63,981 bases of DNA, filler included, from Saprolegnia diclina VS20 (GCF_000281045.1; 6 parts of 3 records of this genome joined end to end with filler, not necessarily neighbours in it), one strand, 5' to 3'; numbered from the whole stretch's first letter, positions 20,582 through 31,663 are shown. Numbers and translations are program-made. Notes: generated by a model from the letters alone, not told the origin.

Positions 20582-22282
20582 ATGAACACGACCAAGGAGT
20601 TTGCGACGGCCCCCGATCGCCTCTCGTACGTGCACTCGATCGACAAGGCGGCTATTGCCGGCGAAGACTATGAAGCCAACAAGACGCCCGGTGACCTCGA
20701 AGACGGTGCGCTCCGCGCCGGTGGTGCCCCCGTGTACACGTCGGCCGAGTGTCTCTCCATTCTGTTTCAGTATGCGATGATCGGTATCGTCTACGGCGGT
20801 GTCGGCGCCATGCGCTACGCCGTCGTCAACGGCTACTTCCAGCTCGAGACGAACGTGGCCAACTCGGCCAAGGCGCTCTTGGGTCTTGGCTGGTCGCTCA
20901 AGGTCGTCTTTGGCATGTTCAACGACTGCTTCCCGATCTTTGGTTACTCGCGCAAGCCGTACATGGTGCTCGGCTGGTTCCTCTGCTCGATCGCGCTCCT
21001 CGTGATCGCCATCAAGGACCACGGTGAGGAAGGTTCGCAGTCGGACGGCACGGTCTTCATCCTCCTCGCGTCGATTGCTGGCTTTTGCTACGTCATGGCC
21101 GATGTCGCCCAGGATGCGCTCATGCTTGCCGTTGCGCAGCGCGAGCCCGACGCTGTCCGCGGTCGTCTGCAGTCGTACTCGTACGCGACGCGCACGGTGT
21201 TTGCGGCCGGCATCCAGGCCGTCTCTGGTTTCTGCCTCAGCTCGAAGCGCTTTGCCGGCGACTTTGACTGGGACATTGGTATCAACGGGTACTTTTGGAT
21301 TCTGGCCATTCCGTCGTGCTTGAACGTGTTTGTGTGCTACTTCTTTGTCAAGGACGAGAAGCGCGTGCGTGTTCCACTTGGCATCTACTTTGACCAGTTC
21401 TGGACGCTCATTCAAAAGCGCGCGGTGTGGCAAGTGCTCCTCTTCAACTTCCTCTTTGGTCTCTTCACGGCCATCGGCTCGACGGCCGGTGACTACGTCG
21501 CGCTCTTCTGGGCCGAAGTCGACAACGTCAACGCGCAGATCATCGGTGTCGTCAGCCAGCTCCTCTTTGCCGGTGTGCTCACGCTCACAGGCACCTACGG
21601 CACGCACTGGAACTGGCGCTTCGTGCTCGTGATTACGATCCTTGTCACGTACGCGATCGACTCGGTCTGCCAGTTCCTCACCATCTTTGCCGTCATCCGC
21701 AACCAGTGGTTCTACCTCGGCGTGCCGCTCATCGAAGTCGTCCCGTCCGGCATCAACTTTGTCGTCGGCACGTACGTCATTGTCGAGCTCGCCGAAGTCG
21801 GCAACGAAGGCGTCATGTACGGTCTCCTCACCACGGTGGCCAACATGCCGGGCACATTTGGCACGCTCCTCACCAACATCATCGACAGCCAGCTCAACTA
21901 CAGCGTGAAGCTCATCCAGAAGGACGCTCCGGAGACGCGGACGGCCGTCGCCTACTCGTACATCATTTCGTATGCGTGCGCGGTGCTCGGCTGCCTCTGG
22001 GTGTTCCTCCTCCCGCCGCAGCGCGCGGCCGTCGCCGAGCTCAAGAAGAACGGCGGCAGCCACCCCAAGGTGGCCGCGCTCATCTTCTTTGGCCTCTTCA
22101 TGGTGCTCCTCACGTCCATCACGGGCAGCTTGATGTCCATGTTCAAGAGCACGAGCTGCTTCCGCATTGCCGGTGGCCGCGAGCCGTGCCCGGAAGACGC
22201 GCCGCAGACGTACATCGCCATCATCTTGGTGCCGGGTGCCATCGTCGCGTGCGCTACCTTGTACAAGCTCTACAAGAAGTAG
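20582..22282 (+). CDS. BT1 folate-biopterin transporter (MFS), complete
   Basis: Intact single-exon ORF with BT1 motifs (WSLKVVFG..DCFPIFGYSRKPY; EGVMYGLLTTVAN) and about 12 or more hydrophobic segments. Confidence 0.93.
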   Translation: MNTTKEFATAPDRLSYVHSIDKAAIAGEDYEANKTPGDLEDGALRAGGAPVYTSAECLSILFQYAMIGIVYGGVGAMRYAVVNGYFQLETNVANSAKALLGLGWSLKVVFGMFNDCFPIFGYSRKPYMVLGWFLCSIALLVIAIKDHGEEGSQSDGTVFILLASIAGFCYVMADVAQDALMLAVAQREPDAVRGRLQSYSYATRTVFAAGIQAVSGFCLSSKRFAGDFDWDIGINGYFWILAIPSCLNVFVCYFFVKDEKRVRVPLGIYFDQFWTLIQKRAVWQVLLFNFLFGLFTAIGSTAGDYVALFWAEVDNVNAQIIGVVSQLLFAGVLTLTGTYGTHWNWRFVLVITILVTYAIDSVCQFLTIFAVIRNQWFYLGVPLIEVVPSGINFVVGTYVIVELAEVGNEGVMYGLLTTVANMPGTFGTLLTNIIDSQLNYSVKLIQKDAPETRTAVAYSYIISYACAVLGCLWVFLLPPQRAAVAELKKNGGSHPKVAALIFFGLFMVLLTSITGSLMSMFKSTSCFRIAGGREPCPEDAPQTYIAIILVPGAIVACATLYKLYKK

Positions 22283-23187
22283 AGTCGTGTCTAGTCTCTC
22301 CATTGTGTTTCGTTCTAACTAACGAGTTGTGTCGTGATTTGCTACAGTACATAATTTTTGTTTCTTTTTTCTTTTTCAAGGTGGAGCTTGTGCCAGGTAG
22401 GTGGAGCTGCAACTTGTATTTTCGACAGCACTCGAAAATTGTCCACGATGAAGTTGATTACGGTGTCACTTCCTACCAGCACTTCCCGCTCGGGTCTTTC
22501 GCTTGGTCCATGTCATCCATAGCGTCGCACAATGGGTTTAAAAGTGAAAGCAATGAGATTGGGCTGCATAGGATGCTGGCGAGAGCTCTATTGGAGGCAT
22601 ATGCCGTAAATAAGATCGTAGTGCCATCTTGTTGGCGCTCGTACGACACCGCTTGGTCGACGCATCACGATGGAGATGGAATTGTTCATCGTCGGTACAG
22701 CGATAACAGGCACTTTGAATAGCAGACTACGTTGTGTTATCGCTGCAGTCGTACAACGTGCGCAGCGCTTGATTGTAACCAGGTGAGCCATCCGGCTGCC
22801 ACGTCACCAGGTCGAAAGAATATACTCCCTTCACCAAAACCCTCAAAACCGGGGCTTGGATGGCCTATAGCGCTTTCTCAACCCTTTGGGGCCGCATACG
22901 CCCACCTGCTTCCTGGCCAATCAAAACGCCCCTGAAACCCGTAGACAATGTGGACTTAGGCGATTCGTCCGGAGCCAATACACCGATTTTGCGATTCCAT
23001 CCAAGTTTCTTTCATGTACCGTACCACAAGATTCTAGCTTGGAATTTCGTGATCGAGAGCAATTACAGCCTCATATTGCTGCTGGGTTGCTTGCAAGCCG
23101 GCAAAACAACAACGAATTTGGGGATATACACGACACTTTCGTTAGACTCGACTAGTTTAACGACACAACATGGGCTATTCGACCCGA

Positions 23188-24894
23188 TTACTTCTTGGCG
23201 AGGAAGAGCTTGTACACGGCAAAGAGCGCGACGATCGCACCCGGCACAAAGATGATGGCGAGGTACGTCTGCGGCGTCCCTTCCGGGCACGGCTCCTTGC
23301 CGCCCGCGAGAGTGAAGCAGCTCGTGCTCTCGAACATGGACATCAAGCTGCCCGTGATGGACGTGACGAGGATGACAAAGAGACTGACAAGGATGAACGC
23401 GGCCACCTTGGGGTGACTGCCGCCATTCTTCTTGAGCTCGGCGACGGCCGCGCGCTGCGGCGGAAGGAGGAACACCCAGAGGCAGCCGATCACCATGCAC
23501 GAGTACATGATGACGTACGAATAGGCGACGGCGGTCCGCGTCTCCGGAGCGTCTGCCTTGATGAGCTTCTTGTTGTAGTTGAGATGGCTGTCGATGACGT
23601 TGGTGATGATCGTGCCAAAGGGACCCGGGAGGTTCGAGATCGTGGTGAGGAGACCGTACATGACGCCTTCGTTACCGACTTCGGCGAGCTCGACAATGAC
23701 GTACGTGGTGATGATAAAGTTGATACCAGACGGGATCGTCTCCATGACCGGCACGCCGAGGTAGAACCACTGGTTGCGAACCACGGCAAAGATGGTGAGG
23801 AACTGGACAATGGAGTCAATGGCAACCGTAGTGATGATCGTGATCACAACCACGTAGCGCCAGTTCCAGTGCGTGCCGTAGGTGCCCGTCGCCGTGATGA
23901 CGGCCGCATAGAGGAGCTGGGTCACGACACTGACAATCTGCTGGTTGAGGTTCTCGACTTTGGCCAAGTACAAGCCGATGTAGTCGCTGGCCGTCGAGCT
24001 GATCGCTTGGAACAAACCAAAGAGAAAGTTGAAGAGAATGACCTGCCACACGGCGCGCTTCTGAGCGAGTTCCCAGAAATTGCCAAAGTACGAGCCAATG
24101 TCGACGCGGGTGTGCTTCTCGTCCTTGACAAAGAACCAAATCACCACGACGTTCAAGCACGACGGGATGGCCAGAATCCAAAAGTACCCGTTGATACCAA
24201 TGTCCCAGTCAAAGTCGCCGGCAAAGCGCTCCGAGTTGAGGCAGATGCCCGACACAAACTGGATGAGACCCCAGAAGATCTGGCGCGTAGCGTACGAGAG
24301 CGACTGCAGCCGACCGCGGACGGCTTTTGGTTCGCGCTGGGCGACCGCAAGCATGAGCGCGTCCTGGGCGACGTCGGCCATGACGTAGCAAAAGCAAGCA
24401 ATGGTCGCGAGGAGGATAAAGACTGGGCCGTCGGTCTGCGAGCCCTGCTCGCCATTGTCGCGGATTGCAATGAAGAGGAGGACGACGCCGCAGAGAAACC
24501 ACCCGAGGAGCATGTACGGCTTGCGGTGGTAGCCAAAGATCGGGAAGCAGTCGTTGAGGACACCAAAGACGACCTTGAGCGACCAGCCGAGCGTCAAAAG
24601 CGCCTTGGCCGAGTTGGCCACGTTCGTCTCGAGTGCAAAGTAGCCATTCACGATGGCGTAGCGCATGCCAGCGACGCCGCCGTAGACGATACCGATCATC
24701 GCATACTGGAAGAGGATCGAGAGACACTCGGCCGACGTGTACACCGGGGCACCACCGGCGCGGAGCGCACCGTCTTCGAGGTCGCCGGGCGTCTTGGTGG
24801 CTTCGTAGCCGTCAGCGTCGTCCGCGGCCACCTTGTCGATCGAGTGCAAGTACGAGACGCGCTCGGCAGAAATAAAGTCCTTGGCAGTGCTCAT
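23188..24894 (-). CDS. BT1 folate-biopterin transporter (MFS), complete
   Basis: Paralog convergent with the 20582 gene; start MSTAKDF aligns with the paralog starts. Confidence 0.93.
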   Translation of the reverse strand: MSTAKDFISAERVSYLHSIDKVAADDADGYEATKTPGDLEDGALRAGGAPVYTSAECLSILFQYAMIGIVYGGVAGMRYAIVNGYFALETNVANSAKALLTLGWSLKVVFGVLNDCFPIFGYHRKPYMLLGWFLCGVVLLFIAIRDNGEQGSQTDGPVFILLATIACFCYVMADVAQDALMLAVAQREPKAVRGRLQSLSYATRQIFWGLIQFVSGICLNSERFAGDFDWDIGINGYFWILAIPSCLNVVVIWFFVKDEKHTRVDIGSYFGNFWELAQKRAVWQVILFNFLFGLFQAISSTASDYIGLYLAKVENLNQQIVSVVTQLLYAAVITATGTYGTHWNWRYVVVITIITTVAIDSIVQFLTIFAVVRNQWFYLGVPVMETIPSGINFIITTYVIVELAEVGNEGVMYGLLTTISNLPGPFGTIITNVIDSHLNYNKKLIKADAPETRTAVAYSYVIMYSCMVIGCLWVFLLPPQRAAVAELKKNGGSHPKVAAFILVSLFVILVTSITGSLMSMFESTSCFTLAGGKEPCPEGTPQTYLAIIFVPGAIVALFAVYKLFLAKK

Positions 24895-24915
24895 GTTGCT
24901 GCTGCTCACCCCAAG

Positions 24916-24933
24916 GTAAATGGAAAAGTGAGT
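24916..24933 (-). promoter_or_regulatory. Oomycete Inr+FPR core promoter
   Basis: ACTCACTTTTCCATTTAC on the minus strand upstream of ATG 24894. Confidence 0.75.
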
Positions 24934-25361
24934 GTTGAGTCCATACCAGCTTGCTCCATTGTCGATGCTGCTGGACTGGTATTTCCTTCTAATGCCAGCG
25001 TCGTCTGATTCAGACGCCACGATCACGACCGCTGCAGGCGGCGACAGGACGCTCGTTTTCTGCACAGTGGACCTGTGTGTGGTCCCGTCCAACGCCGAGT
25101 TGCACGACAGTGCAACACTACTCGTTGGCCCTTGACAAAAGAGAAATACAGCAAGCGTGGTTCAGCTCGCTCTTCCTCCGTAGTAACAACAATGCATCAG
25201 TGCAAGGTTGACGCGCCATTCACAAATCCTAGCCATGACATTGGAGCCGACCGACTTTGACGCAACGCCTTCGAGCGGCAATGTTATTACCATATACTAT
25301 GGGACGATACTCTTGTCGATGAAAACCTGATTTTTAAAATTTAGAGCAACCCAACTTCGCG

Positions 25362-25461
25362 NNNNNNNNNNNNNNNNNNNNNNNNNNNNNNNNNNNNNNN
25401 NNNNNTTAATTAATTAANNNNNNNNNNNNNNNNNNNNNNNNNNNNNNNNNNNNNNNNNNNN
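25362..25461. other. Artificial scaffold linker (N44-TTAATTAATTAA-N44); also centred at 54496, 57309, 60636 and 61862
   Basis: An identical six-frame-stop 12-mer is embedded in five N runs. Confidence 0.95.
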
Positions 25462-26419
25462 CGTCGCGGCGGCGGCGGCGGCGAGTAGCCACGGTGCGCT
25501 GCCAGTGTCGACCAGTACGCGCATGGGCTTCTCACTTTGGTTGTAAGCGCAGGTGCAGCGACGCACGCCGACGATGTGCAGTGTCGACCAACCGCGTGGC
25601 GCGCTGCCTGCCCATCTATCTCTGACCTGCTAGTACAGTACGAGTGTCATGCCAGGCTAGACTATATGCACGCCATTTCCGGGCCTCGCGACGCGGGTCA
25701 ACTCGATCGGAGTGGCGCAAAGTTGCGTTTTGATAGAGTGAGAATGCCACATCAACATTTGGATACCACGGTTGCTTTTTTATAGCACAAGCTGCATAAT
25801 ACAATTAGGACAATAAAATACAAAACGTAAATAAATGGCATTGGTCCTTTTATCTGTATTTTGGACCAATCCAAGCAAAGGTGGCTGCACACGACGGCGC
25901 GCCGAGGCAACGCGAGCGTCCAAATCGAGTGAAAAATGAAAGCGACGACGCTTTGCCCAGAGATAGAACTCACGTTGGGGAGCATGAGAAGCTACGTGAC
26001 GTGCTCGTTGGCGGCGTACAGCAGGACATATGCGTGGTCAAAGTTTCGTTTGTGGCGTACACCACAAACAACCATATTGTACCACATTTAAAAACGGACG
26101 CGCCCCGTATCGTGCAAGCACCTCGTCCGCGTTCGAGAGCGACGCCCCGCTCTTTCGAAGCATCATTTCAGTAGCACAAGATTGTCGTCAAGCTCATTCG
26201 CCTCTGCTTGCCGACGCCTACAGTATGAAGTACAGTCGCCGTCATCTGCTCTGAACTTTGGTAGATTTCCCTGTGTGGGCAACCGCTTCACCGTGCGTGA
26301 TAAAGCGCTAGTGAGGTCATTCCCGTGTATGAATAGAAGATAAAAATGCTCACATTTCGCACACGCATCAACCTTGCAAAAACAAAAACATTGCATTTAC
26401 GCTCCACCATTCCAAGCAG

Positions 26420-27940
26420 TTAGTGCCGCGCTTTGCCGCTGTACAAGTCGTCGTCGCCGCACCAGACTGTCTGCAGCTTCTTGGTCAAGTAGAGACAGTA
26501 CTTTTTGTCATAGTCGGCGCTGAGGCAGATCCCTTGCCGACCCGCGGTCTCGGGGGCCCAGCACCCCTTGCACTTTTCGCACAGCGTCGTTGGTGCCGGT
26601 GTCGGGGCCGGTGTCGGGTTGGACGACGGCTGCGGGTACGGCGAGTCAGTCGGCCAATCAGGCAGCGGCTCGTCCGTCGGGCCGTCACTCGGTGCCTCTG
26701 TCGGGTCGCTCGGGTCTTCGCTCGGGTCATCACTCGGTGCCTCTGTCGGGATCGGCGCCGGGGTGTACGGGGCCGGTGACGGGTACGGCGTCGATGGTAC
26801 CGGCGACGTCGATGGCATCGGCGACGGCGAGCAGGGTGCCTTGGACGGTGCATGCGGCTTGTGCGTTGGCTTGTGCTTTGTGCGCGGTGACGCGCCGCCG
26901 TTGATTGGCGCGTACGCGCCGTTGGCTGCAAGATTGCACATGCCCTTGCCGCCGACGTCGCGCTGGAGCTTCATGTAGCCGGCGTCCCCCCAGGCGCCGC
27001 CCCACGAGTTCTTGATCTTGAAAAAGTCGACACCGTTCTCGGACCCGTACCCGACGGCGACGACCGCGTGGTCGGACGATGCGCCCGGGCACTGCGTCAC
27101 GACGCCGCTCTGATAGTTGCGCCACACGTCGTTGTTGGCTTCGACGGTCACGGTGACGACTTGCTTCTCGAGCGCACTCTGGAGCGCGCTCTCGCCCGAG
27201 AGACTCACGGACGCACCGAGGCGCAACTTTTGCTTGCTGCAGCCGCTGTCGCACTGCCCACTCGCACGCGAGTTGCCCGAAGCGTACGGGTACGACGTGC
27301 CCGCGCACGCACCTGCCGTCGTCAAGTAGTCGAGCGCCTTGTTGGGCCACCCGCCTTGGCAGCCGTAGCCGGCGCTCGAGGCACAGCTCACGAGCTGCTG
27401 CTCCGAGAACGCGGCGAGGGCCCCGGTCGCCTTGCATTGCGCAAACTCCGCTGCCCCCACCGACGCAAACGCCCAGCAACTGCCACAGGCGCCTTGGTCG
27501 CGCACGCCCGACATGCAGGCATCCGCAGACCAGTCGACGCCGGCCGCGGTGCGCTGGAGTGGCGTGAGCTGTCCGTCGACTGTGAGAGCTCGAGCCGGTG
27601 TCGTTGTGTTGCCAAGACCGGTGGCGAACCGTGCAAACTCGGCGTCGCTCAGGAGCGCAAACGGGTTCTTCTCGGTAAACGTTGCGTGCGGGTTGGCTTT
27701 GTTGAGCTGCGCGACCACCTTCTTCGTGGCCGCAAAGCGCTCGAGCTCGAGATTCTTGCCGCCGAGCTCCCCCGACTCGGTCTTTGGTACGTAGCCGTGC
27801 TCGGCGGCAGCTTTGCCAGCCGCGCTGCGCTTCCACGCATCGAGCTCGGTCTGCAGCGCCTGGCGCTCGCTGGTGGACAGCGGCAGAGCAGAAGTTCCGA
27901 CCGCACAGAGGCAAAAGGCCATAATGTTGATCGGCTTCAT
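26420..27940 (-). CDS. Secreted C1A cysteine protease with long Pro/Thr/Asp linker and C-terminal Cys-rich domain
   Basis: MKPINIMAFCLCAVGTSA signal; QGACGSCWAF, SDHAV, KNSWG; PTEAPSD repeats; tail CEKCKGCW..CLSADYDKKYC..VWCG. Confidence 0.93.
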   Translation of the reverse strand: MKPINIMAFCLCAVGTSALPLSTSERQALQTELDAWKRSAAGKAAAEHGYVPKTESGELGGKNLELERFAATKKVVAQLNKANPHATFTEKNPFALLSDAEFARFATGLGNTTTPARALTVDGQLTPLQRTAAGVDWSADACMSGVRDQGACGSCWAFASVGAAEFAQCKATGALAAFSEQQLVSCASSAGYGCQGGWPNKALDYLTTAGACAGTSYPYASGNSRASGQCDSGCSKQKLRLGASVSLSGESALQSALEKQVVTVTVEANNDVWRNYQSGVVTQCPGASSDHAVVAVGYGSENGVDFFKIKNSWGGAWGDAGYMKLQRDVGGKGMCNLAANGAYAPINGGASPRTKHKPTHKPHAPSKAPCSPSPMPSTSPVPSTPYPSPAPYTPAPIPTEAPSDDPSEDPSDPTEAPSDGPTDEPLPDWPTDSPYPQPSSNPTPAPTPAPTTLCEKCKGCWAPETAGRQGICLSADYDKKYCLYLTKKLQTVWCGDDDLYSGKARH

Positions 27941-28477
27941 AAGGTCGTGTGCACAATGGGAGGCTGTTTGATAAGTGCCCTTGGCTCGGGCCATGCAAGG
28001 GGATGAAGGCCTGGCTGCCGACAGAGCCGGCGCCACGGAGCGTATCTTTTATTTTTCACCATTTCACACAACAGGTGGCGTGGTTATTCAAGTCGGCCCG
28101 CCGCAGTCCTTGCTTCCGACTGCCGTCTTGATCGTCGTTCAAGCTCGAAGTCGACTCAAGTTTGGTCCTTGTCGTTGACCACTAGAAAGCGCGCATTCAG
28201 TCAGTACATTTGGCAATGCGTCTTGCCCTTCTTACGACAGAGTGATTGATTTTCACAAAAACCACGTTTCACACGTGTGTGATTTTCAACGTTCCAGAAG
28301 TCGACACCTGTGTTACGTCAACCCTTCTGCGGAAGCTGCGAAGCACTGAATGGAGCGTTCGAGCACTCGAGATCCCATCGACTAGAAGTTATAAATCACA
28401 TCCCTGTGTACCACCACATAGAACAATCATGCGCGCGCAATAGGAGTCGTCCCGGTCAAGATGCAGATGGTACTTGG

Positions 28478-28552
28478 TCGTCCACGTTTGTTCAGTCGGT
28501 GGATTTCTGCTTCACACGCAGGAGGTATGGGGTTCGAGCCCGTAGGAGCTGC
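28478..28552 (+). pseudogene. Degenerate tRNA-Val(CAC)-like sequence
   Basis: Anticodon arm TCTGC-TTCACAC-GCAGG (28506-28522), AGGT variable loop and B-box GGTTCGAGCCC (28531-28541). The acceptor and D stems do not pair. Confidence 0.5.
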
Positions 28553-29011
28553 CCCTTTCTTCTCGTGGCCCTTGGCGTTGGCATCGGAACCCGCATGTTG
28601 GTTCTTGACAGTCCCATTCGCTGGCACCCGACTCTTTCCACCGACGTCGCAAGGCGCTGTGGTCTCTGGTCCGGTCTCAACGTGCGTTCGATTGCGTTTA
28701 TAAGAGAAGTTCGTTCGGTAGGCGTTTGTGTTCGAGACGAAGCCGTACAAACAGAGTGCCCATCGACAACGATGCTTCGTGCCGCCACGTCATCGGCAAA
28801 CTGATACCTTGATAGAAGCGACCTGGCTCTGCTGCACGCTTTCGATCGCAAAGGATCCCTGGCATGCTGTAGGGCTAGCCTAGTGCGAGCGCATAGTCCT
28901 CTCGCATTCTATGGCTACATGTTTCATTCTTGTGATAAGGGACCGGGCGTCTTCTTCTTCACCAAATTAGACGCGGATCGCTGGCTATGCATTGAGAAAT
29001 GTCGTATTAAT

Positions 29012-30613
29012 CTAGCTGTAAAACATGCACGCATCGGTCGAGTCGTCCGAGTCCCAGTCGCAGTACTTGTCGTCGTCATCACCGTCGTCGTCGTCGTCGT
29101 GGTAGGCAAACGAGAAGCACCCGTCGACGTTGGGGTCCCACTCGACGTCCACAATTGCACTCGTCGTTGTACCCGGGTACGCAGCAGCTTGGAGATTCAA
29201 AAAGACGGTTTTGTTTCGGTCTAAGAGCGCGCGGTCGACGGCCTGGGCGGCTTGGCTTGGCCCGCGCGGCAAGAGGTACGCTAGCACGTCGAAATGGCCT
29301 TCGCGGGCGGCCCAGTACATGGCCCGAAACGTAAATCCTTCCGGACGCTGGCTGCACAAGAGCTCAACGATCTCAAGGTGACCGGCCGCCGCGGCCCAGT
29401 CGATCGCACGCGTCGTGCACCCTTCGCGCCCACGTGCATGTAGATACCGCACGACCTCGACATGGCCGCGGTGGGCCGCACGGTCCAGCGCCTTGGTCGT
29501 GCCGCCTTCAACTCGGTGCGTTGCGAGGAAGTGGAGCACGTCCAAATGGTTCTCGTGCGCCGCCGTGTCGAACGCGAGCGTCGAACAGCCCTCGCGCCGA
29601 TGCGCATGCAGATACTGCACCACCTCGAGGTGGCCAAAGTACGCGGCGCCGTCCATTGCTTGAACTGTGCAGCCTTCGTCGCGGTGCGTATCGAGGTAAA
29701 CAACGACGGCCAAGTGCCCCTTTGTCGCTGCCTTGTCCATGGCGTCCGTCGAGCACGATGCCTTGCAGACCGCGTCGAGGTAGGTGACAAGGTCCAAACG
29801 CCCCTGTCCAGCGGCCGTGTCGAGCACACTGGCTGAGACTGTTAGCTCCGGGTACGACGCACGCAAAAACGCAGCAAGGGACACGTTGTCGCTCAGAAGG
29901 GCGGCGTCGAGCGCCGCCGACGTGCAGCCTTCGGTCCGGTGCTGTTGCAGCCACCGCACCACATCGTCGTGGCCGTTCTCGGCTGCATGGTCGATGGCGT
30001 CCGTCGAGCACGCGTGGCAGCCCGCGCCGTGGAGGACTCGGAGTGTCTCCAAGTGCCCGAGGTACGCGAGGTGGTCCAGGACGCGCCCGCCGTCATGCAG
30101 AAAATGCATCTGCGTCGCGTCCACGCTGCCGGTGTCGAGAAGGTGCTGGAGCAGGCGCGTATGGCCACCCACGGCAGCCGCGGTGGCCAGTGCGATTGGA
30201 TGCAATAGCAAGCTAGAGAGCTCGTCGAGCCATACGTTGGCCATGGGCGCGGCCATGTAGTCGGGCACGACAATGTCTTCGGGAACGTCGTCCATGTCGG
30301 TGCGCTCGGTAAAGTACCGGTTGTAGTACCCGACGTCGCCGCAGTAGCCGGTGAGCGCAATGGCCTTGGCACGCGCGTACATGCCTCGCGAGCGCACAAA
30401 GCCAAAGTGATAGGCCCAGTTGGACGCCATCGGGAGGACCGCAAGGTCGCCGGGCCAGTCGCTCTGGAATGCATCGACCCAAATGCCAGACGTGGCATCG
30501 TCGAGCGCGTCTTCGTCGGAGAAGGCGCCGTTCAGGAATTGCGTGAGCGGTCCCGCAAAGCTGAAGATTGTTTCGTGGAGGTCCGCGATCGATTCCCAGC
30601 GTGTTGTGCTCAT
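29012..30613 (-). CDS. Ankyrin-repeat protein (CTTxAMDxAAxxGHL type) with acidic tail
   Basis: About ten repeats such as CSTDAMDKAATKGHLAVVVYLDTHRDEG; intact 533-aa ORF. Confidence 0.92.
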   Translation of the reverse strand: MSTTRWESIADLHETIFSFAGPLTQFLNGAFSDEDALDDATSGIWVDAFQSDWPGDLAVLPMASNWAYHFGFVRSRGMYARAKAIALTGYCGDVGYYNRYFTERTDMDDVPEDIVVPDYMAAPMANVWLDELSSLLLHPIALATAAAVGGHTRLLQHLLDTGSVDATQMHFLHDGGRVLDHLAYLGHLETLRVLHGAGCHACSTDAIDHAAENGHDDVVRWLQQHRTEGCTSAALDAALLSDNVSLAAFLRASYPELTVSASVLDTAAGQGRLDLVTYLDAVCKASCSTDAMDKAATKGHLAVVVYLDTHRDEGCTVQAMDGAAYFGHLEVVQYLHAHRREGCSTLAFDTAAHENHLDVLHFLATHRVEGGTTKALDRAAHRGHVEVVRYLHARGREGCTTRAIDWAAAAGHLEIVELLCSQRPEGFTFRAMYWAAREGHFDVLAYLLPRGPSQAAQAVDRALLDRNKTVFLNLQAAAYPGTTTSAIVDVEWDPNVDGCFSFAYHDDDDDGDDDDKYCDWDSDDSTDACMFYS

Positions 30614-31663
30614 CTCGGTTGCGTCGTCGGTTGTTGGTTCTTGGTTGACTTTAGTTCAAACTCAACTTTCGGGTATCCGGATGACGTGGCAGCACCGTGT
30701 AGCGTACATGTATTCAATTCCGCCAATTATCGGTTTTGACAAATTTATCATCGATCTAACTTATAAGTATGGTAATGTTAGACATGTATTCTAACAGGTT
30801 ATGAAAACAAAGAGTATTTGGCTGGCAACGAGCGCGCATCCGGAGGACTATACCGCACCACTGCGCTTGCAGGGCACGCCATGTTCTCTCTGTCCGTGGG
30901 CGAGTGTTGCTCGCCGTGGCTGGGGCACATGAGGCGGACAAAGTTTCGCAAGGATCGCACGGGATTCGTCCATGTCGGTTCATTTTGGCCAATGAAACAT
31001 CGGTCCGCCACGGGGGTGACGAGATAAGGTCAACTTGACCACGTGCGCAACCATATCGCGCCAAAGCCGAGCCGATACCGACCTGCTAAAGGGTGTGTCA
31101 CCACTGCGTGTGGGTGGCCTCGGTCCTCACGCAACGTCGACAGCAGTACGCAGGTGATCCCATGCAGTATGACAGGATATCCCAAGCCTGTTCTATGCCA
31201 CGCCGTGCGGACTGCATTTGGCCATGGCCGCCTTGCCCTTTCTTGCAACGACTGCAGCTTTTCGCACACAGCGACACCCGTCGAATCCAGCGTCGGTTCA
31301 GTCCTGCCCGCGGTGGACACGCCTGTATCAGTCCTCGGCACCGCCGCGTCGCACACTGCAGCTCGCCGTGTGGCTGCGACTGGAGGCGTATCTGGCTGGC
31401 GCGCATCCTGTCCATAAGTCCGAAGCTGCGCTGCCATTCAGCGGGCGCCGCAGACCTCGCGCTGCCTGCTCAATCGGGCTCAGTCCGCCAATGACACGAC
31501 CAAGTTCGCTTCCGCCTGCGACATGTGTATGTGTCCTACCTCCGCGCGTATATTATGATTGGTCATTTGTATTGATAAAAGGAAAAGACAATAAAATAAT
31601 AAGTGCCATCTGGGGCGCGAAGTTCGAAGCCGCGACACGACCGGCAAGGTGGCACACACAGAA

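Noticed and set aside
25406..25417. Recurrent TTAATTAATTAA motif (five times)
   Set aside because: Always centred in N runs, so it is an assembly linker. Gene adjacency across these joins is not reliable.
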